Source: an uncultured Chitinophagaceae bacterium (GTDB lineage Bacteria; Bacteroidota; Bacteroidia; Chitinophagales; Chitinophagaceae). From it: 64,000 nt of DNA. The notes beneath the pieces are model-generated. The model searched no databases. It was not told the DNA's origin and worked only from the letters and a program-made list of their open reading frames with translations. Numbering within the stretch: position 1 is the stretch's first letter; every line of letters starts with the position of its first letter. This document shows, one piece after another, positions 36,097 to 46,071 of this stretch. Both the position numbers and the translations under genes were made by a program. The stretch spans positions 55,271-119,270 of the forward strand of contig CALLZY010000042.1 of the NCBI GenBank assembly GCA_937858715.1, written 5' to 3'.

Positions 36097-37239
36097 TTAT
36101 TTGGTCTTTATCCACTTAATGCAAACAGGTTTTCCCACTTTTATTCTGTTTTGAGTATCTGTCAATAGCCCTGTTTTTTTATCAACGCTGAAAACAACAA
36201 TTTCATCGCTGTTTTGATTGGCCACAAGCAGGAATTTACCCGTTGGGTCAAAATTAAAATTACGGGGAGCTTCGCCGCCGGAATATTCATGCCCCACCAG
36301 GCTAATCATTCCTGTTTTGGCATCAATTGAGAATATGGCGATGGAATTGGAACCGGCCCGGTTACTCGCATACAAGAATTTGCCATCTGGTGAAACATGT
36401 ATATCTGCCGAACCGGCCTTTCCTTTATAAGTAACAGGAAGGGAAGAATGCGATTGTATTTCCTGTAAATCGGCATTGCCAAAGTCTTTGAAAACAGAAA
36501 TTGAGCCGGAGAGTTCATTAAGTAAGTAAACATATTTGCCGCTTGGATAAAAATCAAGATGTCTTGGGCCGCTTCCGGCACTTACAGATGTATATTTAAG
36601 TTTGGAAGGGAAGAGCTTTCCATTTTTATTATTCTGATGATACGTCATTATCTTATCAGTGCCCAAATCTGTAACATAAAAATAGCTGCTGTTTTTCTTT
36701 GGAAAGATACCATGCACATGTGGCGATTTCTGTCTTGTTGAATCAGGCCCTGAACCTTCATGCTGAATAACCTGGATGACCTTTCCCAGTTTTCCACTCT
36801 TTGCAACAGGCAAGACTGAAAGGTTTCCGCTGCTGTAATTGCCTGCATAAATCCATTTGTTCGACTTGTCTTTTGTTATATAACAGGGATGATTGCCTTC
36901 TGAAGATTGTGAATTGATATAAGTCAGGAGACCGGTTTTCTTATTAAAAATGAAAGAGGAAACTTTTCCTCCTTTGCCGGTTGAGTCGGCATTTTCATTT
37001 ACCGCAAATACATATTTCTCATTACTGGAAACGGTAAGAAAAGAAGGATTGGGGGTTTTAACATGGCTTATCTCTTCGGCGCTTCCATCGCCGGAGCTGA
37101 ATTTATAAACATAAATACCCTCACTCTTTGGAGAATCGTATGTTCCCACAAGCAAATAATATGATTGTGCATTTGCTTTGGCAAGGAGTAACAGAAAGAA
37201 TACGATGAAAGCGTCTTTTCTGAAAGTATGCTTTAACAT
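36097..37239 (-). CDS. Exported lactonase (6-phosphogluconolactonase-like beta-propeller)
   Basis: LVGTY, NPSFL, GSGPRH, LYASNR, PRNFNF. Confidence 0.88.
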   Translation of the reverse strand: MLKHTFRKDAFIVFFLLLLAKANAQSYYLLVGTYDSPKSEGIYVYKFSSGDGSAEEISHVKTPNPSFLTVSSNEKYVFAVNENADSTGKGGKVSSFIFNKKTGLLTYINSQSSEGNHPCYITKDKSNKWIYAGNYSSGNLSVLPVAKSGKLGKVIQVIQHEGSGPDSTRQKSPHVHGIFPKKNSSYFYVTDLGTDKIMTYHQNNKNGKLFPSKLKYTSVSAGSGPRHLDFYPSGKYVYLLNELSGSISVFKDFGNADLQEIQSHSSLPVTYKGKAGSADIHVSPDGKFLYASNRAGSNSIAIFSIDAKTGMISLVGHEYSGGEAPRNFNFDPTGKFLLVANQNSDEIVVFSVDKKTGLLTDTQNRIKVGKPVCIKWIKTK

Positions 37240-37363
37240 GAGCTTAAAGTTGTTTTAACAAAACGATATAAAAATAATCAAGCTTTGGCACAATCTTCTG
37301 AATAGTATATGCAGAACAAAATTATTAACCAGTCCGCCGCAGGCGAACATAAAACGAAAAACT

Positions 37364-37786
37364 ATGAAACGGATATTTACACTTTCAGCCCTGGCAATCA
37401 CACTTACTGTTTTCCTGGCAAGTTGTATTAAAAGCGATACCTATTATGGTTATGACGACAGCTACTGGCTTACTAAAGAAAGGGGAGAAGTGGTGTACAG
37501 CGACAGCTATTGCAACTACTATGTTATTGAAACATACAACGGATATACTATTGTGAGAAGTTATGGCGGATACAAACCTTATGAAGGCAGCATTGTTTAC
37601 GGAAACTTCAGCAATTTGGGTACAAGGGATATGTATAACCGCTCATCAGGTGTGGTGTTTACGGGTACTGTTACCGACTACTGGCTTAGCTATACAGAAG
37701 CGCAGGATGCCCTGGATTATTACTGTCCTTTGTATGGAGGGAAAGGAGCCAAAAGAGAATTTAAGAAGTCAACCATTACTCAATAG
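37364..37786 (+). CDS. Hypothetical lipoprotein
   Basis: Lipobox LASC; Tyr-rich. Confidence 0.75.
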   Translation: MKRIFTLSALAITLTVFLASCIKSDTYYGYDDSYWLTKERGEVVYSDSYCNYYVIETYNGYTIVRSYGGYKPYEGSIVYGNFSNLGTRDMYNRSSGVVFTGTVTDYWLSYTEAQDALDYYCPLYGGKGAKREFKKSTITQ

Positions 37787-37804
37787 CCTGTGATAATTTA
37801 AAGC

Positions 37805-37838
37805 AAACTGCCTGTCGCTCAGACAGGCAGTTTTTTTA
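37805..37838. terminator. Bidirectional terminator
   Basis: AAACTGCCTGTC-gctca-GACAGGCAGTTT-TTTT between convergent genes. Confidence 0.85.
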
Positions 37839-38748
37839 TAGTTTCTGTAATTCGTTTATAAGTTTCTTCTTCAGTTAAAGGTTCGGGTACGAACTTCTGC
37901 CCAATCACTTTTTCATACAGTTCTATGTAGCGTTGCGAAATCGTTTGCACCCATTCATCAGTCATTTCAGGAACAGTCTGGCCTTCTTTTCCCATAAAAT
38001 TGTTGGCAATCAGCCATTCCCTTACAAATTCTTTGCTGAGTTGTTTTTGTCTTTCTCCGGCTTTCTGCCTTTCATCAAAACCATCAGCATAAAAATACCT
38101 TGAGGAATCAGGTGTATGTATTTCATCCATCAGCACAATTTCCCCGTTCAGGGTACCAAATTCATACTTGGTATCAACCAAAATGAGGCCTTGTTTGGCG
38201 GCAATTTTCTTTCCTCTTGCAAATAACTGCAAGGCATAATGGCTTAGTTTTTCCCACTCATCTGCAGTAGCCAGTCCGGATTTTATGATTTCCTCCGGCG
38301 AAATATCTTCATCGTGACCTTCGGCTGCCTTTGTGCTGGGAGTAATGATTGGAGAAGGGAAATAATCGTTTTCTTTCATTCCATCCGGCATATTGGCTCC
38401 GCAAAGGGTTCTTTTTCCTGAAGAATAAGTTCGCCAGGCATGCCCTGTCAGATTCCCTCTTACCACCATTTCAATTTTGAAGGGAATGCATCTTTTACCT
38501 GTAGAAACATTTGGAGCAGGCACCTCAAGCAGCCAGTTTGGGCAGATATCTGCCGTTTTTTGCAGCATATAAGCAGCAATCTGGTTCAAAACCTGACCTT
38601 TAAAGGGTATTGGCCGGGGTAAAATGACATCAAAAGCAGAAATCCGGTCAGAAGCCACCATTACCAGCCAATCATGACCGATAGAATAAACATCTCTGAC
38701 TTTACCTCTGTAAAAGGCCGTTTGATGCGGAAAAGTAAAAGGAGCCAT
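37819..38748 (-). CDS. purC: SAICAR synthase
   Basis: GKVRDVY, SDRISAFD, DTKYEFG, DEIHTPDSSR. Confidence 0.96.
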   Translation of the reverse strand: MAPFTFPHQTAFYRGKVRDVYSIGHDWLVMVASDRISAFDVILPRPIPFKGQVLNQIAAYMLQKTADICPNWLLEVPAPNVSTGKRCIPFKIEMVVRGNLTGHAWRTYSSGKRTLCGANMPDGMKENDYFPSPIITPSTKAAEGHDEDISPEEIIKSGLATADEWEKLSHYALQLFARGKKIAAKQGLILVDTKYEFGTLNGEIVLMDEIHTPDSSRYFYADGFDERQKAGERQKQLSKEFVREWLIANNFMGKEGQTVPEMTDEWVQTISQRYIELYEKVIGQKFVPEPLTEEETYKRITETIKKLPV

Positions 38749-38919
38749 AAACCGAAAGTAACATGCCCCGATGCAGCAGCCAATGAGTTCAGGTTTAAGA
38801 TTTCAACAATTTATCCCTGCCCTTTCACCAGCCGGGCTTACCCCTTAAAAATTAAATTTTTAGATAAACCCGACAATGCTTATTTTTCCACCAAATTCCA
38901 AAACTAAAATCTCCATATT

Positions 38920-41883
38920 ATGAGAAAAAGTTACCGCTATTTAACTGCCGGGCTTATAGCAGTGTTGTTTACTATATCCGCTTATGCTCAGTCAGTTACT
39001 GTTTCCGGTACTGTCCGTAACGAATCGACGAAAGAAATTGTACCCGCAGTTACTGTGGCGTTAAAAGAAAATGCCAACCAGGGCACATACACCGATCAGA
39101 ATGGTGTATTCTCATTAAAAGTACCTAAACTTCCAACCGTTTTAGTTGTATCATCAATCGGTTTTGAATCACAGGAAATCACTGTGACCAGTGCAACTCA
39201 GGTAATTGAAGTTAGTTTGAAGATCAACAGTTCATTCGGCCAGGAAGTTGTTGTGGCAGCTACCCGCAGCCCGCAGCGTTTGCTGGAGTCTCCCGTAACC
39301 GTTGAAAGACTCAGTGCAGCTAACATTAAATCGTTGGCGGCCCCAACTATTTACGAGTCAATCGGAAACCTGAAAGGTGTGGATGTACACACTGCCAGTC
39401 TTACCTTCCGTACTGTAACTACCCGTGGTTTTGTATCCAGCGGAAACACCCGTCTTAATCAATTGGTAGATGGAATGGATAACCAGGCTCCGGGCTTAAA
39501 CTTTGCGGTAAGCACAATCGTTGGTCTCACAGACCTTGATGTGGATAACATCGAAATCTTATCCGGAGCTTCTTCAGCCTTATATGGTTCAGGTGGTATG
39601 AACGGTACAGTACTTATTAACAGCAAGAGTCCGTTCAAATATCAGGGATTGAGCTACAATGTGAAACAAGGTATCATGCATGTGGACAGCAGACAAAGAA
39701 GGGCTGCCCCTTATAATAATATCTCGATGAGATGGGCGAAAGTAATCAACAACAAGCTTGCTTTCCGCCTTTCCGGAGAATTGATACGTGGTAATGACTG
39801 GGAAGCTGAAGACTACCGCAACAAACAACAAATTGGCATCCTGAGTAAAGTGGTTGGTGGCAACCGCCAGAATGATCCCAACTATAACGGTGTAAACGTT
39901 TATGGTGATGAAACAAGCGTAAACCTAAACCAACTGGCTGCAGTGCTGGCAGGTGGCATTAACAGCACAGTATTGGCGCAAACCAGTGGTGCATTGAACC
40001 TTCAGAACCAAGCTAACGCTTATTACGCTTCAATCGGTAACCCGCTGTATCCTACAACAGCTCAGAATACTGCATTCATTTCCGCTTTGCCAGCTGCTGT
40101 TCAGCAAACAGCCGGATTCTGGCTGCCATTCTATCTTGGTTTGAGCCGCAACTATTTTGGTACGCAAACTAATGTTACCAGGACTGGTTATAATGAAGAT
40201 CAACTGGTTGACTACAATACGATCAACGCCAAATTGAATGTGGGTGTGCATTACAAACTGACTGAAAAAATTGAAGCTTCTTTCAATACATATTTTGGAA
40301 CCGGTACAACCGTTTATACCGGTGCTAACCGTTATTCACTCCGTGGCTTCAAAATGGCACAGCACAAGGCTGAATTAAAGTCTAAGAACTGGATGGTAAG
40401 GGGTTATACAATTCAGGAGAATGCCGGCGATTCATACATCGGTGATGCTCTTGGCACTTTCATTAACGAAGCATGGAAACCAAGCGTAAATAATGCTAAC
40501 CTGTCTGGTTCATGGTTCCCTCAGTATATTTATGCTTTTTCTGAAGGCAGAAGACAATCTGCCGGTTCTCTCAGTGATATCCAGTTGCATCTTGCTGCCC
40601 GTGGCACTGCAGATGCCGGACGCTTCCTTCCTGGTAGTGCTGCCTTTAATAATGCTGCTGCAATCATCAAGAAAACACCGGTTAGTAAACCCGGCGGTGC
40701 TTTATTCCTCGATAAATCCGACCTGTATGTTGCGGAAGGACAGCTGAACCTGTCTGAAGTTGCCCATTTCTCTGATGTTGTTGATCTGCTTGTTGGTGCA
40801 AGCTGGAAGCAATGGGTAATGAACTCTCAGGGAACACTGTTTGCTGATACTAATGGAAACATCCGTGTTAACGAACACAGTGGATACATTCAGTTGAAAA
40901 AGAAATTGTTCAATGATGTTCTTACAATGACAGCATCCGGACGTTTTGACAAACAAACGAACTTTAAAGGAAAATTCACTCCAAGGGTAACTGCTGTATT
41001 CAAGGTTGCCAATGAGAGTAACATCAGGCTTTCTTACCAAACAGCTTATCGTTTCCCCACTAACCAAAACCAGTATATCAGTCTGCAACTGGGTGGAGGA
41101 AGCAGCTACCTTATCGGTTGTTTGCCTGAGTTCCAGAGCTATTATAAATTAAGCACTACCAAACCAGGTTACACAGCCGCAAGTATCCTTGCTTACAGGG
41201 CCGGTGCTACTTCTGATTCCAGCCGTTTAGTAAGGGCAGTTTATAAAGAAGTGAAGCCTGAAACAATGAATTCTTATGAGATTGGTTACAAAGGCGTGGT
41301 AGCTAAGAAACTTCTTGTGGATGCTTATGTTTATTACAGCCGTTACAAAGACTTCCTGTTAAGCGAAGCTGTTGGTCAGTCGCAAAGTGAAGCATTAGGC
41401 AAACTTGGCCTGTATTCTCCATTCAGCACAAACAATCTTTCTTATGTGCAGAATTCAAGCCAGACTGTTAAGTCAATTGGCTGGGGTATCGGTCTTGAAT
41501 ATAAAGCTTTCAAGAATTATGTGTTCTACGGTAACGTATTCTCAGATGAGCTGAGAGATGTTCCTGCAGGCACAGTTACTTTCTTCAATGCTCCTAAATA
41601 CCGCTTCAACATCGGTTTAAGAAATGAAAGCGTATTTAAAGGTATTGGCTTCAACGTAGTGGCCAAGTGGCAGGATAACAACTACTATGAGGGCACATTT
41701 GTTTCCGGTACACTTCCTTACTTCACATGGGTTGATGCGCAGATTACCTATCACCCGATTGGTACAAAAGCTACCTTCCGCATTGGAGGAACAAATCTGG
41801 GTAATAATTATTACCGTACAGGTTATGGCAGTCCGGCTGTTGGCGGTCTCTACTACATCAGCTACGGCTACAATCTATTCTAA
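38920..41883 (+). CDS. TonB-dependent receptor
   Basis: N-terminal carboxypeptidase-regulatory-like domain, plug GASSALYG, C-terminal YGYNLF. Confidence 0.92.
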   Translation: MRKSYRYLTAGLIAVLFTISAYAQSVTVSGTVRNESTKEIVPAVTVALKENANQGTYTDQNGVFSLKVPKLPTVLVVSSIGFESQEITVTSATQVIEVSLKINSSFGQEVVVAATRSPQRLLESPVTVERLSAANIKSLAAPTIYESIGNLKGVDVHTASLTFRTVTTRGFVSSGNTRLNQLVDGMDNQAPGLNFAVSTIVGLTDLDVDNIEILSGASSALYGSGGMNGTVLINSKSPFKYQGLSYNVKQGIMHVDSRQRRAAPYNNISMRWAKVINNKLAFRLSGELIRGNDWEAEDYRNKQQIGILSKVVGGNRQNDPNYNGVNVYGDETSVNLNQLAAVLAGGINSTVLAQTSGALNLQNQANAYYASIGNPLYPTTAQNTAFISALPAAVQQTAGFWLPFYLGLSRNYFGTQTNVTRTGYNEDQLVDYNTINAKLNVGVHYKLTEKIEASFNTYFGTGTTVYTGANRYSLRGFKMAQHKAELKSKNWMVRGYTIQENAGDSYIGDALGTFINEAWKPSVNNANLSGSWFPQYIYAFSEGRRQSAGSLSDIQLHLAARGTADAGRFLPGSAAFNNAAAIIKKTPVSKPGGALFLDKSDLYVAEGQLNLSEVAHFSDVVDLLVGASWKQWVMNSQGTLFADTNGNIRVNEHSGYIQLKKKLFNDVLTMTASGRFDKQTNFKGKFTPRVTAVFKVANESNIRLSYQTAYRFPTNQNQYISLQLGGGSSYLIGCLPEFQSYYKLSTTKPGYTAASILAYRAGATSDSSRLVRAVYKEVKPETMNSYEIGYKGVVAKKLLVDAYVYYSRYKDFLLSEAVGQSQSEALGKLGLYSPFSTNNLSYVQNSSQTVKSIGWGIGLEYKAFKNYVFYGNVFSDELRDVPAGTVTFFNAPKYRFNIGLRNESVFKGIGFNVVAKWQDNNYYEGTFVSGTLPYFTWVDAQITYHPIGTKATFRIGGTNLGNNYYRTGYGSPAVGGLYYISYGYNLF

Positions 41884-41914
41884 GGAGAAATTATAAATTG
41901 GGTTATAAGTAAAT

Positions 41915-41946
41915 AGCCCCCTGCTGTTGCGGGGGGCTTGTTTTTT
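41915..41946. terminator. Terminator between convergent genes
   Basis: AGCCCCC..GGGGGGCT-TGTTTTTT. Confidence 0.75.
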
Positions 41947-41979
41947 CCCTATCGGAAATAAAAAAGTGTTTAACTGGTT

Positions 41980-43470
41980 TTATTCGGCCCTTGTAACTTT
42001 TACAACATTGGTATGAAGATGAAGGTGAACAGGTGTGCTTCCTGTACTTACCACTACATCACCTTTTTTGATGTACCCTTTCTCTTTTAAAATATCAATT
42101 TGGTCGGCGAAAATGTCGTCAAGACTTTCTTCTTCTTCATAATAGAAAGCCCTTACGCCCCAGCTAAGGCTTAACTGGTTCAGCAGGCTTTTCTCTTTTG
42201 TAAAGATGAACAAATGCGATTTTGGCCTGAAACTGCTCAGCATAAAACCGGTATAGCCGCTTTGCGTCATTCCAATAATGGCATCTGCTCCCACATCCTC
42301 GGCCAGTTTGCAGGCATTATAACAAATAGCATCACTTAAGAGTGATGGTGAGTGGGGCTGGGGCTTCAGCATTTCCTGACGGTTATAATCATATGCCTTC
42401 TCCTCAATCTCTACTATAATCTTTGTCATTGTCTCCACCACCAGCTTTGGATATTTTCCGGTAGCTGTTTCACCGCTCAGCATTACGGCATCGGCTCCTT
42501 CCAGTACTGCATTGGCAACATCAGTTATTTCGCTTCGGTTGGGTTTTGTCCGGTCAATCATACTTTCCATCATCTGCGTAGCCACAATTACAGGCTTTGC
42601 CCGGTGGATGCATTTTTTGATGATATCTTTTTGAATCAACGGAACCTCTTCAACTGGTAGCTCTACACCTAGGTCGCCACGGGCCACCATGATGGCATCG
42701 CTTTCTACAATTATGTCACGAAGATTCTTTAACGCTTCGGGCATTTCAATTTTTGCAATCACTTTTGCTTTGCTGCCGCCTTCTTTAATTCTTTTCTTCA
42801 GGTCTTTGATATCAACCGGTTTCCTTACAAATGATAAGGCAATCCAGTCAACCTTTTGAGTAAGTATAAAATTCAGGTCAGCAAGGTCTTTCTCGGTAAG
42901 TGCCGGTAGCGAAATTTTCGTATCTGGCAGGTTTACCCCTTTCTTCGGGAGTAAAATGCCTCCCAGCAGTACCTCAACCTTAACATCATTTTCAGGGGTT
43001 ATTTCCCTTACAATTACTTCCATTTTCCCGTCATCGAGCAGGATTTTTTCGCCAACCTTAACATCCTGGTGAAGATTAGGGTAGGAAACAAAAATCTTTT
43101 CCTTGGTGCCCACCAGTTTTTTGTTAGTGAAAGTAAGGATATCTCCTTCATCGATCTGAAGCGACCCGTCTTTCAGTTCGCCAACCCTTAGTTTTGGGCC
43201 CTGCAGGTCTGCAAGTATAGAAATGTTGTAAGGCTCAGAACTGTTGATCTGCTTGATACGCTCAATAATCTTTTTCTTGTCTTCATGTGAACCATGAGAA
43301 AAGTTAAGCCTGAAAACATTTACACCGGCCTTTACCAGGTCCAGCAGTTGTTCATAGCTGTCGCAGGCAGGCCCGACTGTAGCAACAATCTTTGTTCTTT
43401 TCAGTGGCCTGATCCTGCCGTCAGGATAAATAACCGAACTGGCAGGTTGTTGTTTATTGATAGTACTCAT
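41980..43470 (-). CDS. pyk: Pyruvate kinase
   Basis: RTKIVATVGPA, RLNFSHG, DLQGPKLR, MVARGDLGVE, DAVMLSGETA. Confidence 0.97.
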   Translation of the reverse strand: MSTINKQQPASSVIYPDGRIRPLKRTKIVATVGPACDSYEQLLDLVKAGVNVFRLNFSHGSHEDKKKIIERIKQINSSEPYNISILADLQGPKLRVGELKDGSLQIDEGDILTFTNKKLVGTKEKIFVSYPNLHQDVKVGEKILLDDGKMEVIVREITPENDVKVEVLLGGILLPKKGVNLPDTKISLPALTEKDLADLNFILTQKVDWIALSFVRKPVDIKDLKKRIKEGGSKAKVIAKIEMPEALKNLRDIIVESDAIMVARGDLGVELPVEEVPLIQKDIIKKCIHRAKPVIVATQMMESMIDRTKPNRSEITDVANAVLEGADAVMLSGETATGKYPKLVVETMTKIIVEIEEKAYDYNRQEMLKPQPHSPSLLSDAICYNACKLAEDVGADAIIGMTQSGYTGFMLSSFRPKSHLFIFTKEKSLLNQLSLSWGVRAFYYEEEESLDDIFADQIDILKEKGYIKKGDVVVSTGSTPVHLHLHTNVVKVTRAE

Positions 43471-43517
43471 CTGTTGATTTGTGTTTCCTCCCAGGGGAGA
43501 AATTTGCGGACGATTAA

Positions 43518-44738
43518 TTAATCCCAGTTCAAAATCTTTTTAAACTGGTATTCTTCAGGATCCCTCAGAAATTTCCTGGCTTCATCCATATCTTCAGGAC
43601 AGAGATATTGCAAACTGTCTTCGAACACCATTTTAGCTTTCTGGCTGTTCATCGACACCATCCTTGTTTTAACTTTTCCGTTAGCATCTTCCACATCTTT
43701 CAGGAATAATGGATATATGTCACCGGACGGATCGGAAGTTACCACACATCCTGAAAGGCCTTGGTCAAACAATTTTTTAACGCCGATACCTAAGAAACTG
43801 CAATACATCAGATCGTAAGCAGTGGGTGCAATGCAACGAAGCTCATAACCCATTTCAACCGGACGGCTCTTGATATTAATTCCAAGCTGCTTCAGCTTAA
43901 TCTGCAAAAGCATATTATAAATGTGTGCCTTACTCACAGTACCCAGTTCAGGGTGGCCATGTTCGTCATATGTAAACTGGATACCGGAAGATTCAATGTC
44001 CTCATCGCTCATAAAGTGGAACACACCCTCACTTACGATGGCACATCCATAGGGAATACCCAAAACCCTTCTTTTAATAATTGAAGAGATGATCAGTTTG
44101 GTGATTTTATCAAGTGATACTTTTGTTTTGTTAAACATCTCCGGGATAATAATCATCGGGTAGTGACAGGCGGCACCGATACCAAAGGCAAGGTGACCTG
44201 CCTCACGGCCCATTGCCGAAACTACAAACCAGTTGGCTGAAGTACGGGCATCTTCATAAATCGTTCTTCCTATGCGTACACCTTCCTGCTTGGCACTTTG
44301 GTAACCAAATGTGGGCTGTCCTTCCGGAAGTGGTAAGTCGTTATCAATTGTTTTTGGAACGTGGATATTCTGAATCGGGATTTTTCTTTCAACCAGAAAC
44401 TTGGATATCCTGTTAGCTGTGGAGGCAGTATCATCTCCGCCAATGGTAACCAGCAGCTTTACATTGTTCTTTATAAAAAAGTCAGGCTTAAACTCAAGAT
44501 CAGCAGGTTTGTAACGGCTCATTCTTATGGCAGAACCACCCATACTGAAAAACAAGTCGGCCATTTCAAAATCTATATCAATGGTAGCAGGGTTTTCTGT
44601 GAAGAGATTTTTGTAGCCATCATGCAGGCCAATTACTTTATAACCATCTCTTAAAAAAACTTTGGCAACAGAACTGATTACTGTATTTATTCCGGGTGCG
44701 GGACCACCACCAGCCAGAATGAGGACATTTCCTTTCAT
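43518..44738 (-). CDS. 6-phosphofructokinase, predicted PPi-dependent
   Basis: GGGPAPG, GGDD (Asp) and PKTIDND (Lys), the PPi-type specificity residues. Confidence 0.85.
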   Translation of the reverse strand: MKGNVLILAGGGPAPGINTVISSVAKVFLRDGYKVIGLHDGYKNLFTENPATIDIDFEMADLFFSMGGSAIRMSRYKPADLEFKPDFFIKNNVKLLVTIGGDDTASTANRISKFLVERKIPIQNIHVPKTIDNDLPLPEGQPTFGYQSAKQEGVRIGRTIYEDARTSANWFVVSAMGREAGHLAFGIGAACHYPMIIIPEMFNKTKVSLDKITKLIISSIIKRRVLGIPYGCAIVSEGVFHFMSDEDIESSGIQFTYDEHGHPELGTVSKAHIYNMLLQIKLKQLGINIKSRPVEMGYELRCIAPTAYDLMYCSFLGIGVKKLFDQGLSGCVVTSDPSGDIYPLFLKDVEDANGKVKTRMVSMNSQKAKMVFEDSLQYLCPEDMDEARKFLRDPEEYQFKKILNWD

Positions 44739-44973
44739 AAAAGCTTGATATTTATATTAATGAATTGCGCAAAACTAACCAATTTGAATAAAATATCTCA
44801 TCCAAATACTGAAATGGCCGTAAGCTGAAACTCAGGCAGATATAATATATTAAGTAAGAATAAATTAACAAATACATGTTTTGGCCTGATTAATTGTAAT
44901 GCACTACTTTTGCGGCCTGAAACGATTTGCTCAGCCATTAGAAAAAATTTTTGTGTAACTAAATGAAAGCAAA

Positions 44974-45954
44974 ATGGCAAAAAAAGTAACTAAGATTGGT
45001 GTGCTTACATCTGGTGGAGATGCACCCGGAATGAATGCGGCTATCAGGGCAGTTGTAAGAACAGCTCTGTATCATGAAGTGGAAGTGTACGGAATCCTGC
45101 GTGGATACAGCGGAATGGTGGAGAATGATATGGTAAAAATGGACAGCAAGAGTGTTTCCAAAATAATTCAGTTAGGTGGTACAATTTTGAAGACGGCAAG
45201 GTGTAAAGAATTTTATGAGCCGGAAGGAAGGGCCAAAGCTTATGACAACCTGAAAAAACATGGAATTGACGGATTAGTGGTAATTGGTGGTGATGGCAGC
45301 TTCAAAGGTGCGCAACAGTTCAGCAATGAATTTGATATTCCCTGTATTGGTTTACCGGGTACTATTGACAAAGATATTGCGGGTACTGACTTCACGATTG
45401 GTTTTGATACAGCTGTAAATACAGCTGTGGAGGCGATTGATAAAATCAGGGATACGATGGAAGCCCACAACAGGCTTTTTGTGGTGGAAGTTATGGGTCG
45501 TGATGCCGGGTATATTGCATTGCACAGCGGCATGGCCACAGGTGCAGAAAACATTCTGATACCGGAAAGGAAAGCAAACCTGCCGGAACTGATCCAGTCG
45601 CTAACACAGGCAGAAAAAAATAAGAAATACGTAAACCTGATTGTGGTTACTGAAGGTGATGAATATGGCGGAGCAGATGGTATTTCCAATTACCTGAAGT
45701 TAAGCTTACCCGGTGCTGATATTCGTACTGCCATCCTTGGTCACATACAGAGAGGTGGCAGCCCCACTGCCAACGACAGGATTATTGCCAGCCGCATGGG
45801 CTATCATGCTGTGCAGTGCCTGCTCGAAGGACGCTACAATGTAATGGTTGGTATTGTTAATGATGAGATGCGCTATACACCGCTTGATAAAGCTGTTAAA
45901 GCCAAACAGTCAATCAATGATGAGTGGCTGCAGATAGTGGAAGCACTCCATTAA
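44974..45954 (+). CDS. pfkA: ATP-dependent 6-phosphofructokinase
   Basis: TSGGDAPGMNA, GGDGS, PGTIDKD, EVMGR, LGHIQRGG. Confidence 0.96.
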   Translation: MAKKVTKIGVLTSGGDAPGMNAAIRAVVRTALYHEVEVYGILRGYSGMVENDMVKMDSKSVSKIIQLGGTILKTARCKEFYEPEGRAKAYDNLKKHGIDGLVVIGGDGSFKGAQQFSNEFDIPCIGLPGTIDKDIAGTDFTIGFDTAVNTAVEAIDKIRDTMEAHNRLFVVEVMGRDAGYIALHSGMATGAENILIPERKANLPELIQSLTQAEKNKKYVNLIVVTEGDEYGGADGISNYLKLSLPGADIRTAILGHIQRGGSPTANDRIIASRMGYHAVQCLLEGRYNVMVGIVNDEMRYTPLDKAVKAKQSINDEWLQIVEALH

Positions 45955-46000
45955 AGTCATTCTGTGATGCTGGTTTCAGCATCCATTCATATAAGAAACT

Positions 46001-46026
46001 GCCCTCTTGTACAGGGGGCTTTTTTT
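46001..46026 (+). terminator. pfkA terminator
   Basis: GCCCTCT-tgta-CAGGGGGC-TTTTTTT. Confidence 0.75.
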
Positions 46027-46071
46027 ATGTCCCTTTATCACATACTTTTATGTGAATCAATTTTTATAAAA

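Noticed and set aside
37285-37301. Sigma-54 promoter (TTGGCACAATCTTCTG)
   Set aside because: The -24 box is good but there is no -12 GC at the required spacing
45964-46071. N-terminal extension of the prolyl oligopeptidase
   Set aside because: It spans the pfkA terminator; the signal peptide begins at MKKLFF (46072)
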